DNA of 49,026 bases from a virus (taxonomy: Duplodnaviria > Caudoviricetes). Of the stretch, positions 28,541 to 37,433 are shown in pieces; positions within the stretch are counted from its first letter, which is position 1; every line of letters begins with the position of its first letter. The notes beneath the pieces were generated by a model. The model made no database searches, was not told the origin of the DNA, and saw only the letters and a list, made by a program, of their open reading frames with translations. The stretch spans positions 1 through 49,026 of the IMG/VR virus record IMGVR_UViG_3300027994_000008; one strand, given 5' to 3'. Both the position numbers and the translations under genes were made by a program.

Positions 28541-31451
28541 CTTTCTTGTAAAATGTGGTTGTGTAACTTTCTGCTTTCAAAGGCAATCCCAGGCACCAAG
28601 GAATAGGTTCGCCCATTATGTCGTTTACAATGTCGGTGTCCGCTTCGTCCAGTGGCACTTCGGGGACTATTTCATCATGTATGTGCATCACTATTTTGAA
28701 ACCCGCGTCGTCCAACTGCAGCATTTTAAAAGTAAGGCAGTCGCGCGCAATCGCCTGCACGATGTTTTCGACGAGCTTGCCGCCGTAGGTTTCCTGTCTT
28801 TCCCATTTGCGGGTTGTTTGGTTCATCCCTTCATAGGTAACTATTTCGCCAAATTTGCCCTCTTGGATCAACGGTCGAAGGTAGGCAAGTGACCTTCCCG
28901 AAGGTAATTTGATCCACAGTACGTTTTTCCTTACAAAGAACAACAGTTTTTTGATTGCCACCACTTCGCCCGTCTTTACTGCACGTAGGGCAGCATCGTT
29001 AACGGTCTGCCAAAGTTGGACAATTGCAGGGTTCGCGTTGCGCCACATCTTTATAATTGCGGGAAGTTCTTTTTCTTTCAAGCCCATTTCTAAAGCGCCC
29101 ATTTTAATCAAAGCATTTGGGCCGCCCTGGTAACCGCAATTATGGACTAAAACATTTGATATAGTAAAACGGTGGTTAGGACCGGCGTTTAAAATGTCAA
29201 AGACTGCAACCGTACCGCTATCTTGCGCCAGTTCTTTCTTTTTAATGTAACCGCTGTTTTTGCATTTTCTAAAATTTGGTCCCTGGTCAACCCCGCTGAA
29301 AGCATACGGGTTACAACTGTCCGGGCGTATGGCCAGTCTTCCGGCACCCATTCCTTTAAAACGGTCAACCTTCGGTTGGATTGGTTCAGAGGCCTTGTAG
29401 TAAAATGAAGGTTGCCAACTTCGTAATTTCCGTTGTTGTCTATCCTGTCCACTTCTAATTTTCTGTCCGGTATACCAAACTTTTCGAGCATATACAGCCC
29501 TGCTTCCAACACACTGTTGAAATTGAACTTTATGCCCCTGCCCCCATAGTTGTGGTAGCCTTTGTCTTTTGGGTTTTGACAACGTTGTTTTGCCGCTGTT
29601 AAACGCCTGTCCAGCCATTTGGGTATCTGACGTGGTTGGTTGCAGGTTTGACAACCTTTTGTTTTGTTCTGGGTAAGTGCATGGTAAAATGTCCATTGCC
29701 TTGCTTTGCAGCCCGTGCATTCCGTCAATACCCGTGGGCTTGTCCAGTTCTTTAAATAATACTTTTCCGGTGCTATTATTTTTACTGATCCGTATATTTT
29801 CCCCACCATCCCCGGTGCGTTGCAGGCGTGAACATGTGGCGGCGGCGTGTCCGAAGGTAACCGGCTCCTGTTGCCCTTCAATAAAAACGAGGTGGTCGAA
29901 TGTTGCTGTAAGTCCGTCATATCTTAATGTCTTTTTGTAGCCCTTAAAGATAAGCCCTTCATGAGTTACGAAATTCAAACCGTCCCAAACTTTATTTAAA
30001 ATACTTATTTTTTCTATTGGGACAAGTCCTGAATCTGTTAAAACTAACTGCCCTTTTGCTATACATGCCAATTCAGCTACTTTACCTTTTGCCCTTAAAG
30101 CATATGCCGGGTTTCCCTTAACTATATTTTCTACTGGCACCTTGAACATTTGCGAAGCTGAAGCCTCGTATATCTTACCGTGGGTGTTGAATACTTTTAT
30201 ACGCCAGCCCTCACCGGCAAGCCAGGCGATTACACGGGCTTCAATGGCGCTGAAATCGGCGGGCACCAGCGTACTGCCTTTGGGTGCAACAAGTGCCGTG
30301 CGCAGGAGTTGCGAAAGTATTTCGGACACACTGCCAAATGCCCAACGGATAAGTTCGGCGTTGCCGTCCTTTGCCATCGACCGGGCAAGGTCAATGTCCT
30401 TTAGACTGTTCTTCTTAAAGTTTTGGATCTGTATGCCCCTGCCGGCGAACCTGCCCGTACGTCCGGCACCATAACACTGCACCAACCCTTTTACGCGCCC
30501 ATCGGCGCAAAGCATGTCCAACATTTTAACATACTTTGTGATCGACGTTTTGGAAAGTTCCTGCCTTATCTCAATAACCCGTTTTACAATTTTGTCGTCA
30601 GACTTTGCAATCAATCCGGGCAGGTCTGTTTTCTTTAAGGTCTTGACTTCTTCGCCCATTTCAGTAGACAACCATTTTTGTAGTTGCTTTGCACTGTTTG
30701 GGTTGTCAAGATTGGTTAGGCTTAAAGCTTCTGCCAGCAGTACTTCTTTGTTTTCTTCGTTTATTTTTATGCAGTTTCTTACCAGCTTTTCATCAATCAA
30801 AACGCCCAAATCGTTAATTTTCTGGTCTAATACCCACAACCTTTTTTCTTCTTCGGGCATGGTGAAAAAAGCCAGCCGCTTGCGGATGGTTGTTTCAACA
30901 ACAACGTCCTGCTTATTGTAGTCCAGGTATTTTTGCCACTTCACCGGGTCGTGGTGCGGCAGGTTGCGGGTGCGCATACCGTTTACTTTTGTGGGCTTGC
31001 AAGGCGTGGAAAAGAACTTAATCAATGCTTTGCCCTCGGCATCTTTCTCAACGGGCAGGCGCATTGCCTTTGCCACGTTGTCCAACCCCATGGGCAACCC
31101 TACCATGGCAGCTTTTACCTGTGTGCACTCCCATTGTTCGGCCGGCATTGGCTCGCCAAAGAAAGCCGCCATACAGGTGCGTTCAAACGGTGCGTTGTAA
31201 GCGGTTTTTAATACGTTGGGGTCAAATAAAGCGTCTAAAACTTCTGAAGGCAATAAATGGTTTTTATCTAAATCCCATTCCATTAAGTCTTTTGAACTTT
31301 GTTCAAAATCCAAAGTGATTACATCACCGTCGTCGATAGCGTAGGACAACATTAAAATGGTAAATTGTGGGCATTCAACGTATTTATGCACGCCTGTCTT
31401 TTTAAGGTCGTACGTGCTGAAGGTTTCAATGTCTATGCTGAGTGTTTGCAT
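28533..31451 (-). CDS. polA: Family A DNA polymerase with 3'-5' exonuclease, intein-containing (663 aa after splicing)
   Basis: SIDIETFS exonuclease, RTGRFAG, motif A DFSAIEARV, motif B KGKVAELA/CGYQGG split by intein, motif C HIHDEI. Confidence 0.93.
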   Translation of the reverse strand: MQTLSIDIETFSTYDLKKTGVHKYVECPQFTILMLSYAIDDGDVITLDFEQSSKDLMEWDLDKNHLLPSEVLDALFDPNVLKTAYNAPFERTCMAAFFGEPMPAEQWECTQVKAAMVGLPMGLDNVAKAMRLPVEKDAEGKALIKFFSTPCKPTKVNGMRTRNLPHHDPVKWQKYLDYNKQDVVVETTIRKRLAFFTMPEEEKRLWVLDQKINDLGVLIDEKLVRNCIKINEENKEVLLAEALSLTNLDNPNSAKQLQKWLSTEMGEEVKTLKKTDLPGLIAKSDDKIVKRVIEIRQELSKTSITKYVKMLDMLCADGRVKGLVQCYGAGRTGRFAGRGIQIQNFKKNSLKDIDLARSMAKDGNAELIRWAFGSVSEILSQLLRTALVAPKGSTLVPADFSAIEARVIAWLAGEGWRIKVFNTHGKIYEASASQMFKVPVENIVKGNPAYALRAKGKVAELACIAKGQLVLTDSGLVPIEKISILNKVWDGLNFVTHEGLIFKGYKKTLRYDGLTATFDHLVFIEGQQEPVTFGHAAATCSRLQRTGDGGENIRISKNNSTGKVLFKELDKPTGIDGMHGLQSKAMDILPCTYPEQNKRLSNLQPTTSDTQMAGQAFNSGKTTLSKPKRQRLPQLWGQGHKVQFQQCVGSRAVYARKVWYTGQKIRSGQDRQQRKLRSWQPSFYYKASEPIQPKVDRFKGMGAGRLAIRPDSCNPYAFSGVDQGPNFRKCKNSGYIKKKELAQDSGTVAVFDILNAGPNHRFTISNVLVHNCGYQGGPNALIKMGALEMGLKEKELPAIIKMWRNANPAIVQLWQTVNDAALRAVKTGEVVAIKKLLFFVRKNVLWIKLPSGRSLAYLRPLIQEGKFGEIVTYEGMNQTTRKWERQETYGGKLVENIVQAIARDCLTFKMLQLDDAGFKIVMHIHDEIVPEVPLDEADTDIVNDIMGEPIPWCLGLPLKAESYTTTFYKKDD
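29139..30065 (-). mobile_element. Intein (309 aa) in polymerase motif B
   Basis: Starts CIAKGQLVLTDSG (block A), TATFDHLVF (block B), ends VFDILNAGPNHRFTISNVLVHN followed by Cys+1. Confidence 0.92.
29189..29920 (-). CDS. HNH homing endonuclease in +1 frame inside the intein
   Basis: AAKQRCQNPKDKGYHNYGGRGIKF, EVDRIDNNGNYEVGNLHFTTRPLNQSNRR; CxxC pairs; alternative start MVGKIYG at 29809. Confidence 0.85.
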   Translation of the reverse strand: MTDLQQHSTTSFLLKGNRSRLPSDTPPPHVHACNAPGMVGKIYGSVKIIAPEKYYLKNWTSPRVLTECTGCKARQWTFYHALTQNKTKGCQTCNQPRQIPKWLDRRLTAAKQRCQNPKDKGYHNYGGRGIKFNFNSVLEAGLYMLEKFGIPDRKLEVDRIDNNGNYEVGNLHFTTRPLNQSNRRLTVLKEWVPEDWPYARTVVTRMLSAGLTRDQILENAKTAVTLKRKNWRKIAVRLQSLTF

Positions 31452-31645
31452 TAGTTGTAGGCTTTTTGCATTAGTTTTTCTAACATCATTTCATCACGCA
31501 TACTTAATAAATACGGTGCTGATTTATGCCATATTTTAAACCTAACAATAGGAGATTCACCGGTAAATACAGAATTTGCGTTTAAAGAAAAACGTACCAG
31601 TGTTTTATCGTTTCCATTTTTCAAAACGTGTAAGTAATAGTGCAT
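31451..31645 (-). CDS. Hypothetical protein
   Basis: 64-aa ORF whose stop overlaps the polymerase ATG. Confidence 0.55.
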   Translation of the reverse strand: MHYYLHVLKNGNDKTLVRFSLNANSVFTGESPIVRFKIWHKSAPYLLSMRDEMMLEKLMQKAYN

Positions 31646-31651
31646 AATTTT

Positions 31652-32218
31652 TTACATTTCAAGCGCATAATATAACTCGCGTGTTAAGAAAATATCATAG
31701 TCCGCATCGTGCAGTTTACTTTCGTCTACCGGTATGCCTACGTATTTGCAAACGGTGGACAGCTTAAAATTGTCCATCTTGTGCCGGAGCTTCATTAAAT
31801 ACTTAGCTGCCAACACGCGGCAATCCAGTACGTCCGCCCAAAACCACGAACCGAAATACTCGTCACCGTTTTGCTTGAAAAACGCGCGCAGGAACATGTC
31901 ATCAAAGCCCGCGTTATTATAGCCGCAAGTGAACATTTTGTCCTTTTTATCGTACTTGTTGACGTATTTGGAAAGCATGGTAATTATAAGAAAATACACG
32001 GTGTCCATTGTTGGGTAGGTCATTACCTGTGCTTCGGTTACCCCGCCAATTGCCAAGGCCTCCGGGTCAATCAAAGCCTTTGGGTGCGGGCGTACAAAGT
32101 AGTTGAATTTTTCCTTTACAACGCCGTCAATATCAATGCAGCCAGATATTTGGTGAATGCCGTGTTTGTAGTGCTTTACGCCCGTGGTTTCCACGTCATA
32201 GAATAGTATTTTTGGCAA
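31652..32218 (-). CDS. DEDDh 3'-5' exonuclease (DnaQ-like)
   Basis: YDVETTG, GYNNAGFD, LHDADYD; likely TTG start at 32218. Confidence 0.88.
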   Translation of the reverse strand: MPKILFYDVETTGVKHYKHGIHQISGCIDIDGVVKEKFNYFVRPHPKALIDPEALAIGGVTEAQVMTYPTMDTVYFLIITMLSKYVNKYDKKDKMFTCGYNNAGFDDMFLRAFFKQNGDEYFGSWFWADVLDCRVLAAKYLMKLRHKMDNFKLSTVCKYVGIPVDESKLHDADYDIFLTRELYYALEM

Positions 32219-32230
32219 AATAAAAGGTTT

Positions 32231-32261
32231 AAAAAAGGCCACGGCGCAATACCGTAGCCTT
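32231..32261 (-). terminator. Intrinsic terminator
   Basis: AGGCTACGG...CCGTGGCCT followed by T tract on minus strand. Confidence 0.65.
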
Positions 32262-32285
32262 ATATGTATGAAAGGTAAGAATAAA

Positions 32286-32855
32286 TTAAAAGTCCTGGTC
32301 TTCGTCGGTATTAGCTTCATAACCGTCAAAGTCCGCAACAACGTTCCCACGCCCTGCAAGTGCTTCGCCGTCCGAGAATTTCATCAACCCGTTAAGGCCA
32401 ACTGCAATACCCTTGTTGCCTTTCATTTTGAAGCCGTAAAAGTTTACGCTTACGTGGCAATAACAACCGCTGTAAATGTCGGTTTTACTGGCTATTTCTT
32501 TTTTGTCCTTACCAAGCAAAGTTGGTTTTTCCTTGCTTTTTGCCGCAACGTAATACATGCCCTTATAGGCTTTGTATTTTTCCGGGTCTTCTTCAAATTT
32601 TTCGTCACCGTCGCGCAATGGCGGGTCTTTGTAAGTCTTTGGCGCTACTTTTTCCCACTTGGTAGCAAGTGCGGCAGCGGCCGCTGCTTTAATAGCTGCC
32701 TGTACGGCTTCTGTTGTTTTCTTGTCTGTCTTCGGCCATAACACGCTGCAAGAGTACTTTTCCTCTTCGCTGTCCATTGCCTTAACCGGTACATGTACGT
32801 TTGCGTAACTAAGACGCGCTTTAGGGATGGTTACCTTTGTTGATTGTTCTGCCAT
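32286..32855 (-). CDS. DUF2815 single-stranded DNA-binding protein
   Basis: RLSYANV, PLRDGD, IYSGCY, GNKGIAVGLN, acidic C-terminal tail. Confidence 0.9.
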   Translation of the reverse strand: MAEQSTKVTIPKARLSYANVHVPVKAMDSEEEKYSCSVLWPKTDKKTTEAVQAAIKAAAAAALATKWEKVAPKTYKDPPLRDGDEKFEEDPEKYKAYKGMYYVAAKSKEKPTLLGKDKKEIASKTDIYSGCYCHVSVNFYGFKMKGNKGIAVGLNGLMKFSDGEALAGRGNVVADFDGYEANTDEDQDF

Positions 32856-32886
32856 TTTAGCTGATTTTTAGATTTTACTGATTATG

Positions 32887-32938
32887 TAATTTGTAGGACA
32901 AAATTAAAGTATTCAATTAAGAATACCAAATATTTTAC
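32887..32938 (-). promoter_or_regulatory. Promoter/operator box (copy 7)
   Basis: GTAAAATATTTGG..TAATTTTGTCCTACAAATTA, 20-nt spacer. Confidence 0.8.
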
Positions 32939-32939
32939 A

Positions 32940-33395
32940 TTAAATTTTTATGTTTGCAAGTGAAAGGGATTCTAAAAAATTAACGTCTTTTACGACTTCT
33001 TCTAAGTTAGGCCTTACCCTTTCAAACATCTTGTACATCAACTCCGGTTCGGCTTCTTTTTCCAATAACACTATTGTAGGTTTGCCCGCGCCTTGCATGT
33101 AACCTGCTTCACAATGTGCGGACCTTCCGCAAGGCATTACCAAAACGCAAACATCTGCTTCCCGCATGCCTTCAAAGTCAGAAAGAAATCCGTTTGCAGC
33201 GATTGGGTTGTCCAAAGCAGTAAGATACTCGCTGACTGTCCAATTTTTCCAATTAGGATCTATCTCTGACCAGGAAAAACCGGTTTTGTTTGGCGGATTT
33301 CTAAAATCATAAACTTTATGCCCGGCTTTTCTTAGCGCCGCCACTACTTCAGGTTGGCGATCATTGCGCCACGAACTGGCAACATATACCTTCAT
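32940..33395 (-). CDS. Nucleoside 2-deoxyribosyltransferase-like protein
   Basis: KVYVASSW, ADVCVLVMPCGRSAHCEAGY..GAGKP with catalytic-type Glu. Confidence 0.75.
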   Translation of the reverse strand: MKVYVASSWRNDRQPEVVAALRKAGHKVYDFRNPPNKTGFSWSEIDPNWKNWTVSEYLTALDNPIAANGFLSDFEGMREADVCVLVMPCGRSAHCEAGYMQGAGKPTIVLLEKEAEPELMYKMFERVRPNLEEVVKDVNFLESLSLANIKI

Positions 33396-33415
33396 AAAAC
33401 TTGATTTTATTGTTA

Positions 33416-34588
33416 TTAAATTTCTTCGTCACTATCGAACCCGTCAAAATCGGCGGATGCATCGTTGAACTCGGCGCGTTTGTCGCTTTCCGCTACTAAA
33501 GTGGGCTTGCCTTTAGGTTTTATTACAAGCGGGGTAAGCAAGGAATTAAATACATTTTTGCCGATGGATTTTTCCATTTTGGTAATGCCCAAAACTTCCA
33601 AAGGTTCAAATATTTTAATTTCTTCAATACCTTCTTTTCTTAAAACCTCGATTACTTTTTGTTCATCGGCATACGCCCGGTTACTGCGCCCTTCCACCAG
33701 TTTAAGGCCTGGCCACTTAACGCCCGCCAAAGCTTGTGCGAAAGCATAATCGCCCACGCCTTTTAGCCAGTCGGTAAAGAACTTGGACTTTAGTATTATA
33801 TCGCTGATTTCATCCGGTTCTAAAAGGTCCGGTTGTTTGAAGTCGTGCTTTACAATGTCGAGGTTGTACTCGGCAAGCGTACGGCACGAACCTTTCGCCT
33901 TGCAAAACTGGCAATGCGCGCCGGGCTTGAACTTGCCATCTCCGGCGTACGCAAGTGCGGCCAACGGTTTAAGCTCCATTTCCGCCCATGCGGTAAGGTC
34001 CTTTGCGCTTATCTCGTACGTACTGGAAGCGTTTAACCTGGGCTGTTTAATGGTGAGGTGCAATTTGTCTATGCCATAGGCAAAGTCGTGCGCAAGGAAA
34101 GAACCAAGGCCGTACAACATAAGTTGTTTGTTTTCTTCCGCTTCTACTTTTACGCCCTTGCCATACTTCAAATCGATTACCCACATGTTGCCGTTCGCGA
34201 TAATAACAACGTCTGCCGTACCATCGCATTCAACCGCGTAATCGTACATGTACACGCGTTGTTCAAGCATTATGATGGCATCTTTGGAAATGGCCTGCGC
34301 TTCGCTGAACACCTCCAAAACTTCGTTCACGTATTCCTTAACGTAATCGAACATTTCTTCGTTGTACAACGCGTCTTTCTTGAACTCGAAGTGTTCGAGG
34401 TTGAATTTAGCGGCGGTTATGCGGCCCAGTTTGTACAAAAGTAATTGTTCGGCAATGGCGTGCGCCAGGGTGCCTTCTTCGGCGGCTTTCCCCGCACGGT
34501 CCTTGAACTTTTGTTCAAGCCGTGCAGAGGGTGTGCAAGCCAGCCAACGCGATGCGCCCGAAGGCGATAGGATTGCGTGTTTTGCCAT
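33416..34588 (-). CDS. DUF2800 PD-(D/E)XK (Cas4-like) exonuclease
   Basis: HAILSPSGASRWLAC, GTADV, IDLKYGKG, QLMLY, HCQFCKAKGSC, KLVEGRSNR. Confidence 0.9.
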   Translation of the reverse strand: MAKHAILSPSGASRWLACTPSARLEQKFKDRAGKAAEEGTLAHAIAEQLLLYKLGRITAAKFNLEHFEFKKDALYNEEMFDYVKEYVNEVLEVFSEAQAISKDAIIMLEQRVYMYDYAVECDGTADVVIIANGNMWVIDLKYGKGVKVEAEENKQLMLYGLGSFLAHDFAYGIDKLHLTIKQPRLNASSTYEISAKDLTAWAEMELKPLAALAYAGDGKFKPGAHCQFCKAKGSCRTLAEYNLDIVKHDFKQPDLLEPDEISDIILKSKFFTDWLKGVGDYAFAQALAGVKWPGLKLVEGRSNRAYADEQKVIEVLRKEGIEEIKIFEPLEVLGITKMEKSIGKNVFNSLLTPLVIKPKGKPTLVAESDKRAEFNDASADFDGFDSDEEI

Positions 34589-34590
34589 GG

Positions 34591-35028
34591 TTAAAGGTCG
34601 GTGTCTATAAGGTGGGCAACTGCCTTTTTGAACGGCTCGACCTGGCTTTTCTTAATAAGCGGTATGCTGTCCGCATAGGTTTTTAAGATCTTACGGAACT
34701 CGTCCTTTCCTTTTTGTTCGGCAGGGATAAGTTTACGAAGTTCCGCAATTTCGTCGGGCGAAGCCGGTTCGTCGCTTTCTTCGTCGATAGAAATTTCTTC
34801 GGCTTCTTCGGCCTCGGTAATAACGATAGGGGCAACTTCTTTAACCGCTTCCGGTGTTTTGGTTTTAGGCTTCTTTGGCTTTTCTTCGATAGCTACTACA
34901 GGCGCTTTTGCTTCCGCTGTTTCTTCAGTAGTTAGCGTGGCGGCGGGTACTACCTGCGCTGCCAAAGCAAGCCCTAAAACTTCTACAATAACTCTGCCGC
35001 TAAAGGTGACATTCAAATTAACGTTCAT
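34591..35028 (-). CDS. Hypothetical acidic protein upstream of DUF2800
   Basis: E/A/P-rich linker with helical C-terminus. Confidence 0.65.
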   Translation of the reverse strand: MNVNLNVTFSGRVIVEVLGLALAAQVVPAATLTTEETAEAKAPVVAIEEKPKKPKTKTPEAVKEVAPIVITEAEEAEEISIDEESDEPASPDEIAELRKLIPAEQKGKDEFRKILKTYADSIPLIKKSQVEPFKKAVAHLIDTDL

Positions 35029-35119
35029 TGTGTTTGATATTTAAAATTGAGAAAAAAAAATTATTTGCGTGATGGTAAATACAACGCCAGGAAAAGGCAA
35101 GCAATAACAACCATAAGTA

Positions 35120-35302
35120 CTATTTTAACCTTGAACAGATAACGATAACCAAACCCGCGAATGCAGCCACTACAAAGAAAAATAAAACGTAATTGTCGGT
35201 AGGTGCATAAGGGTTAAAAACGTATAACAATGCGGTCAGGCCTATTGGTATTACAAAAACTAAAATGAAGCAAAACAGTAGTAAATATTTGATGTTTGGC
35301 AT
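35120..35302 (-). CDS. Small two-TM membrane protein
   Basis: Two hydrophobic segments. Confidence 0.55.
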   Translation of the reverse strand: MPNIKYLLLFCFILVFVIPIGLTALLYVFNPYAPTDNYVLFFFVVAAFAGLVIVICSRLK

Positions 35303-35313
35303 GTCGGGTATTA

Positions 35314-35550
35314 TTATTTAATTACGCCTTTTGTTTCACTGTACCCGCCGTTAGATTCACTGCTAACAATTAGTTCGCCGCAAGCCGCGGATAAATAAAC
35401 AGTGTCGGCAATCTTAAAAGTTTCTGAGGTTGAGGCAAAAACGGTAGCGCCGTTAGCAAGACTTTTAACCGTATAAATATTGTTGTTGAACTTTTGGCAA
35501 GAAGCCAAAGAAACCAAAGCAGCAATTAAAGAAATAAATATTTTTTTCAT
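35314..35550 (-). CDS. Small lipoprotein
   Basis: MKKIFISLIAALVSLAS-C lipobox; first gene after promoter box. Confidence 0.7.
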   Translation of the reverse strand: MKKIFISLIAALVSLASCQKFNNNIYTVKSLANGATVFASTSETFKIADTVYLSAACGELIVSSESNGGYSETKGVIK

Positions 35551-35555
35551 GTTTT

Positions 35556-35617
35556 TAATTTTGTAGGACAAAGATAAACATTATTTTTATTCCACCAAAT
35601 ATTTTACGTAAAATAAT
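35556..35617 (-). promoter_or_regulatory. Promoter/operator box (copy 8; long repeat)
   Basis: ATTATTTTACGTAAAATATTTGGTGGAATAAAAA..TATCTTTGTCCTACAAAATTA. Confidence 0.8.
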
Positions 35618-35835
35618 TAATTTTTTATTTGCAGGCTGTCAATAACAGCGTTCAGTTTTTTCACATGGTCGTCGGTGAATTTATGTGGATAGCCGCCAGT
35701 GCCTTTCTTTTCGTTAATTACCTTCCAAACAATGTTGTTGGTACCAAGGTCGGCGGCTTTGTCCCAACCGCGCAAACTGAACAGGTGCTTATGTTTGCGG
35801 ATATAATCGATTACCCCTTTTCTGTCCAAAGCCAT
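35617..35835 (-). CDS. Hypothetical protein (possible HTH)
   Basis: 72-aa basic ORF after promoter box. Confidence 0.6.
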   Translation of the reverse strand: MALDRKGVIDYIRKHKHLFSLRGWDKAADLGTNNIVWKVINEKKGTGGYPHKFTDDHVKKLNAVIDSLQIKN

Positions 35836-35842
35836 GTATATT

Positions 35843-35893
35843 TATTTTGTGGACAAAACTAAATTAAAGAATTTAAAACACCAAATATTTTAC
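35843..35893 (-). promoter_or_regulatory. Promoter/operator box (copy 9)
   Basis: GTAAAATATTTGG..TAGTTTTGTCCACAAAATA (2-nt palindrome spacer). Confidence 0.75.
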
Positions 35894-35949
35894 ACAAAAA
35901 AAACCAGCTTAATCGCCGGTTCGAATTACAGTGATTGCCACTGCCTGTT

Positions 35950-36138
35950 TTAATCAATTATGTATGTTTTAAATAATTGCCCTTCGCAAAGAAGTGCTTT
36001 ACCTTCAATTAATTTTTTTGCTTCTTTTACTGATATTGCTTTTTTTACTTCCCCTTTCAAATTTACAGAGGTTGGTACTTTTGTTGTTGTATAAGCTGTT
36101 GTTTTTTTGCCTGCGAAATTCAATGATACTGTGTTCAT
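35950..36138 (-). CDS. Hypothetical protein
   Basis: 62-aa ORF with poly-A leader after promoter box. Confidence 0.6.
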   Translation of the reverse strand: MNTVSLNFAGKKTTAYTTTKVPTSVNLKGEVKKAISVKEAKKLIEGKALLCEGQLFKTYIID

Positions 36139-36180
36139 TTTTTTTGTTTTGTTTTTGTGAGGCGGTTAACCCGCCGTTAC

Positions 36181-36239
36181 TTTGATAGGACAAAGATAAA
36201 CAATATTTTTATTCCACCAAATATTTTACGTAAAATAAT
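36181..36239 (-). promoter_or_regulatory. Promoter box (copy 10; long repeat)
   Basis: Near-identical to 35565-35617. Confidence 0.8.
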
Positions 36240-36347
36240 CAAAAAAAAATAGCTGATGTATATTTTAAATACACCAGCTATCCACAAAATTAAAGATATA
36301 AGATTCGGGTGCGACAAAAATACTTTTAATTATGTTATCTGCCAAAT

Positions 36348-36956
36348 TTATAATTCCGGGTGTTCCAGGTTAAACCCTAAAATTTGGGTTAACAAATGGG
36401 CGTTGTCGTTGTACTGCCCTTTCAGTTGCTCAATCAAAGCCTTTTTGTTTTCAGGTGTCGGGTTGTCCAGCACATATTTTATTGCCATTCCCCAGAGGGT
36501 TACCGGCTTCACTTGCGCCAGCCTTTGCCACGTCAGCACTTCTTCCGGTGTTTCTACAACGTACCAACCGTCTTTTGGGTAGTAAGAGTCGTTTAAAAGG
36601 TTTATATCTACTAAGCCGCCTTTAAAAAAGTATATAGTCCCACTATCTAATAAAATACTATCAGCAAGGTATGGGTGAGCAATATGGGCTCCTTGTTTAA
36701 GAGCTTTTATAGCTTGTTCTTTTGTTAAAAATGGTACAATTGGCTTACCTAATAGCCCTACTATAAACCATCCATTTTCAAAAGGCGTACGTCGGGTAAT
36801 CCAAAAATCTTCGATACTTATTTCTGCACTATCTTCAAAAATATAGTGTAATTCGTCCAGTTTTTCCACCCATTCGTCTTTACTAAAATACGTATGGCTT
36901 AGCCTCGCACCGTGGTTAAGTGCATCTATGGCTTGTTCTTTTGTTAGATATTGCAT
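36348..36956 (-). CDS. Protein with two tandem Tad2/DUF2829-like repeats
   Basis: LTKEQAIDALNHGARLSH...NGWFIV and LTKEQAIKALKQGAHIAH...DGWYVV. Confidence 0.6.
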   Translation of the reverse strand: MQYLTKEQAIDALNHGARLSHTYFSKDEWVEKLDELHYIFEDSAEISIEDFWITRRTPFENGWFIVGLLGKPIVPFLTKEQAIKALKQGAHIAHPYLADSILLDSGTIYFFKGGLVDINLLNDSYYPKDGWYVVETPEEVLTWQRLAQVKPVTLWGMAIKYVLDNPTPENKKALIEQLKGQYNDNAHLLTQILGFNLEHPEL

Positions 36957-37190
36957 GTTAATCTTTTCGAGTTGATAAATAAAGAAGTACTAAAAGAAGG
37001 ATCCAAAATATAGGGTCGTTTTTCATGGTCTAAAGTTTTTAGATTGTTCTTTGATTTTTCTAAGCTCAACTACGCAGCCAGCGAACAACGCAAGGCTAAT
37101 CGGTGTGCATGTAAAGAATAGCCAAATTGGTAGCTGGTCTATGAAGTATGCCATTGTGATTTGCGCGTTACAACCGCGCCCCTGTGTTGT

Positions 37191-37424
37191 TTATAAGTTA
37201 GAGTAATCAAAATTTCTATCCCATATTTTCATACCGTTTTCAAATGGTTCAACTGTAAATCCGTCTGCTTTTTCTTCAAACAAATCCAAATCTGCACGAT
37301 TCCAGTATTTTACACCTATCCAACCAATATTCATATCGCGTAAAAGCAATTCAAATGCTTTATAAGAAATTACTTTGCTATCTGTGCCTTGTAAAAATTG
37401 TTGAATAGCTGTTTGAGTTGTCAT
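37191..37424 (-). CDS. Hypothetical protein
   Basis: 77-aa ORF directly after promoter box. Confidence 0.65.
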   Translation of the reverse strand: MTTQTAIQQFLQGTDSKVISYKAFELLLRDMNIGWIGVKYWNRADLDLFEEKADGFTVEPFENGMKIWDRNFDYSNL

Positions 37425-37433
37425 GTTATTTGC

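Noticed and set aside
33416-34588. Cas4-like nuclease as CRISPR component
   Set aside because: DUF2800 next to DUF2815 and PolA is a standard phage replication module
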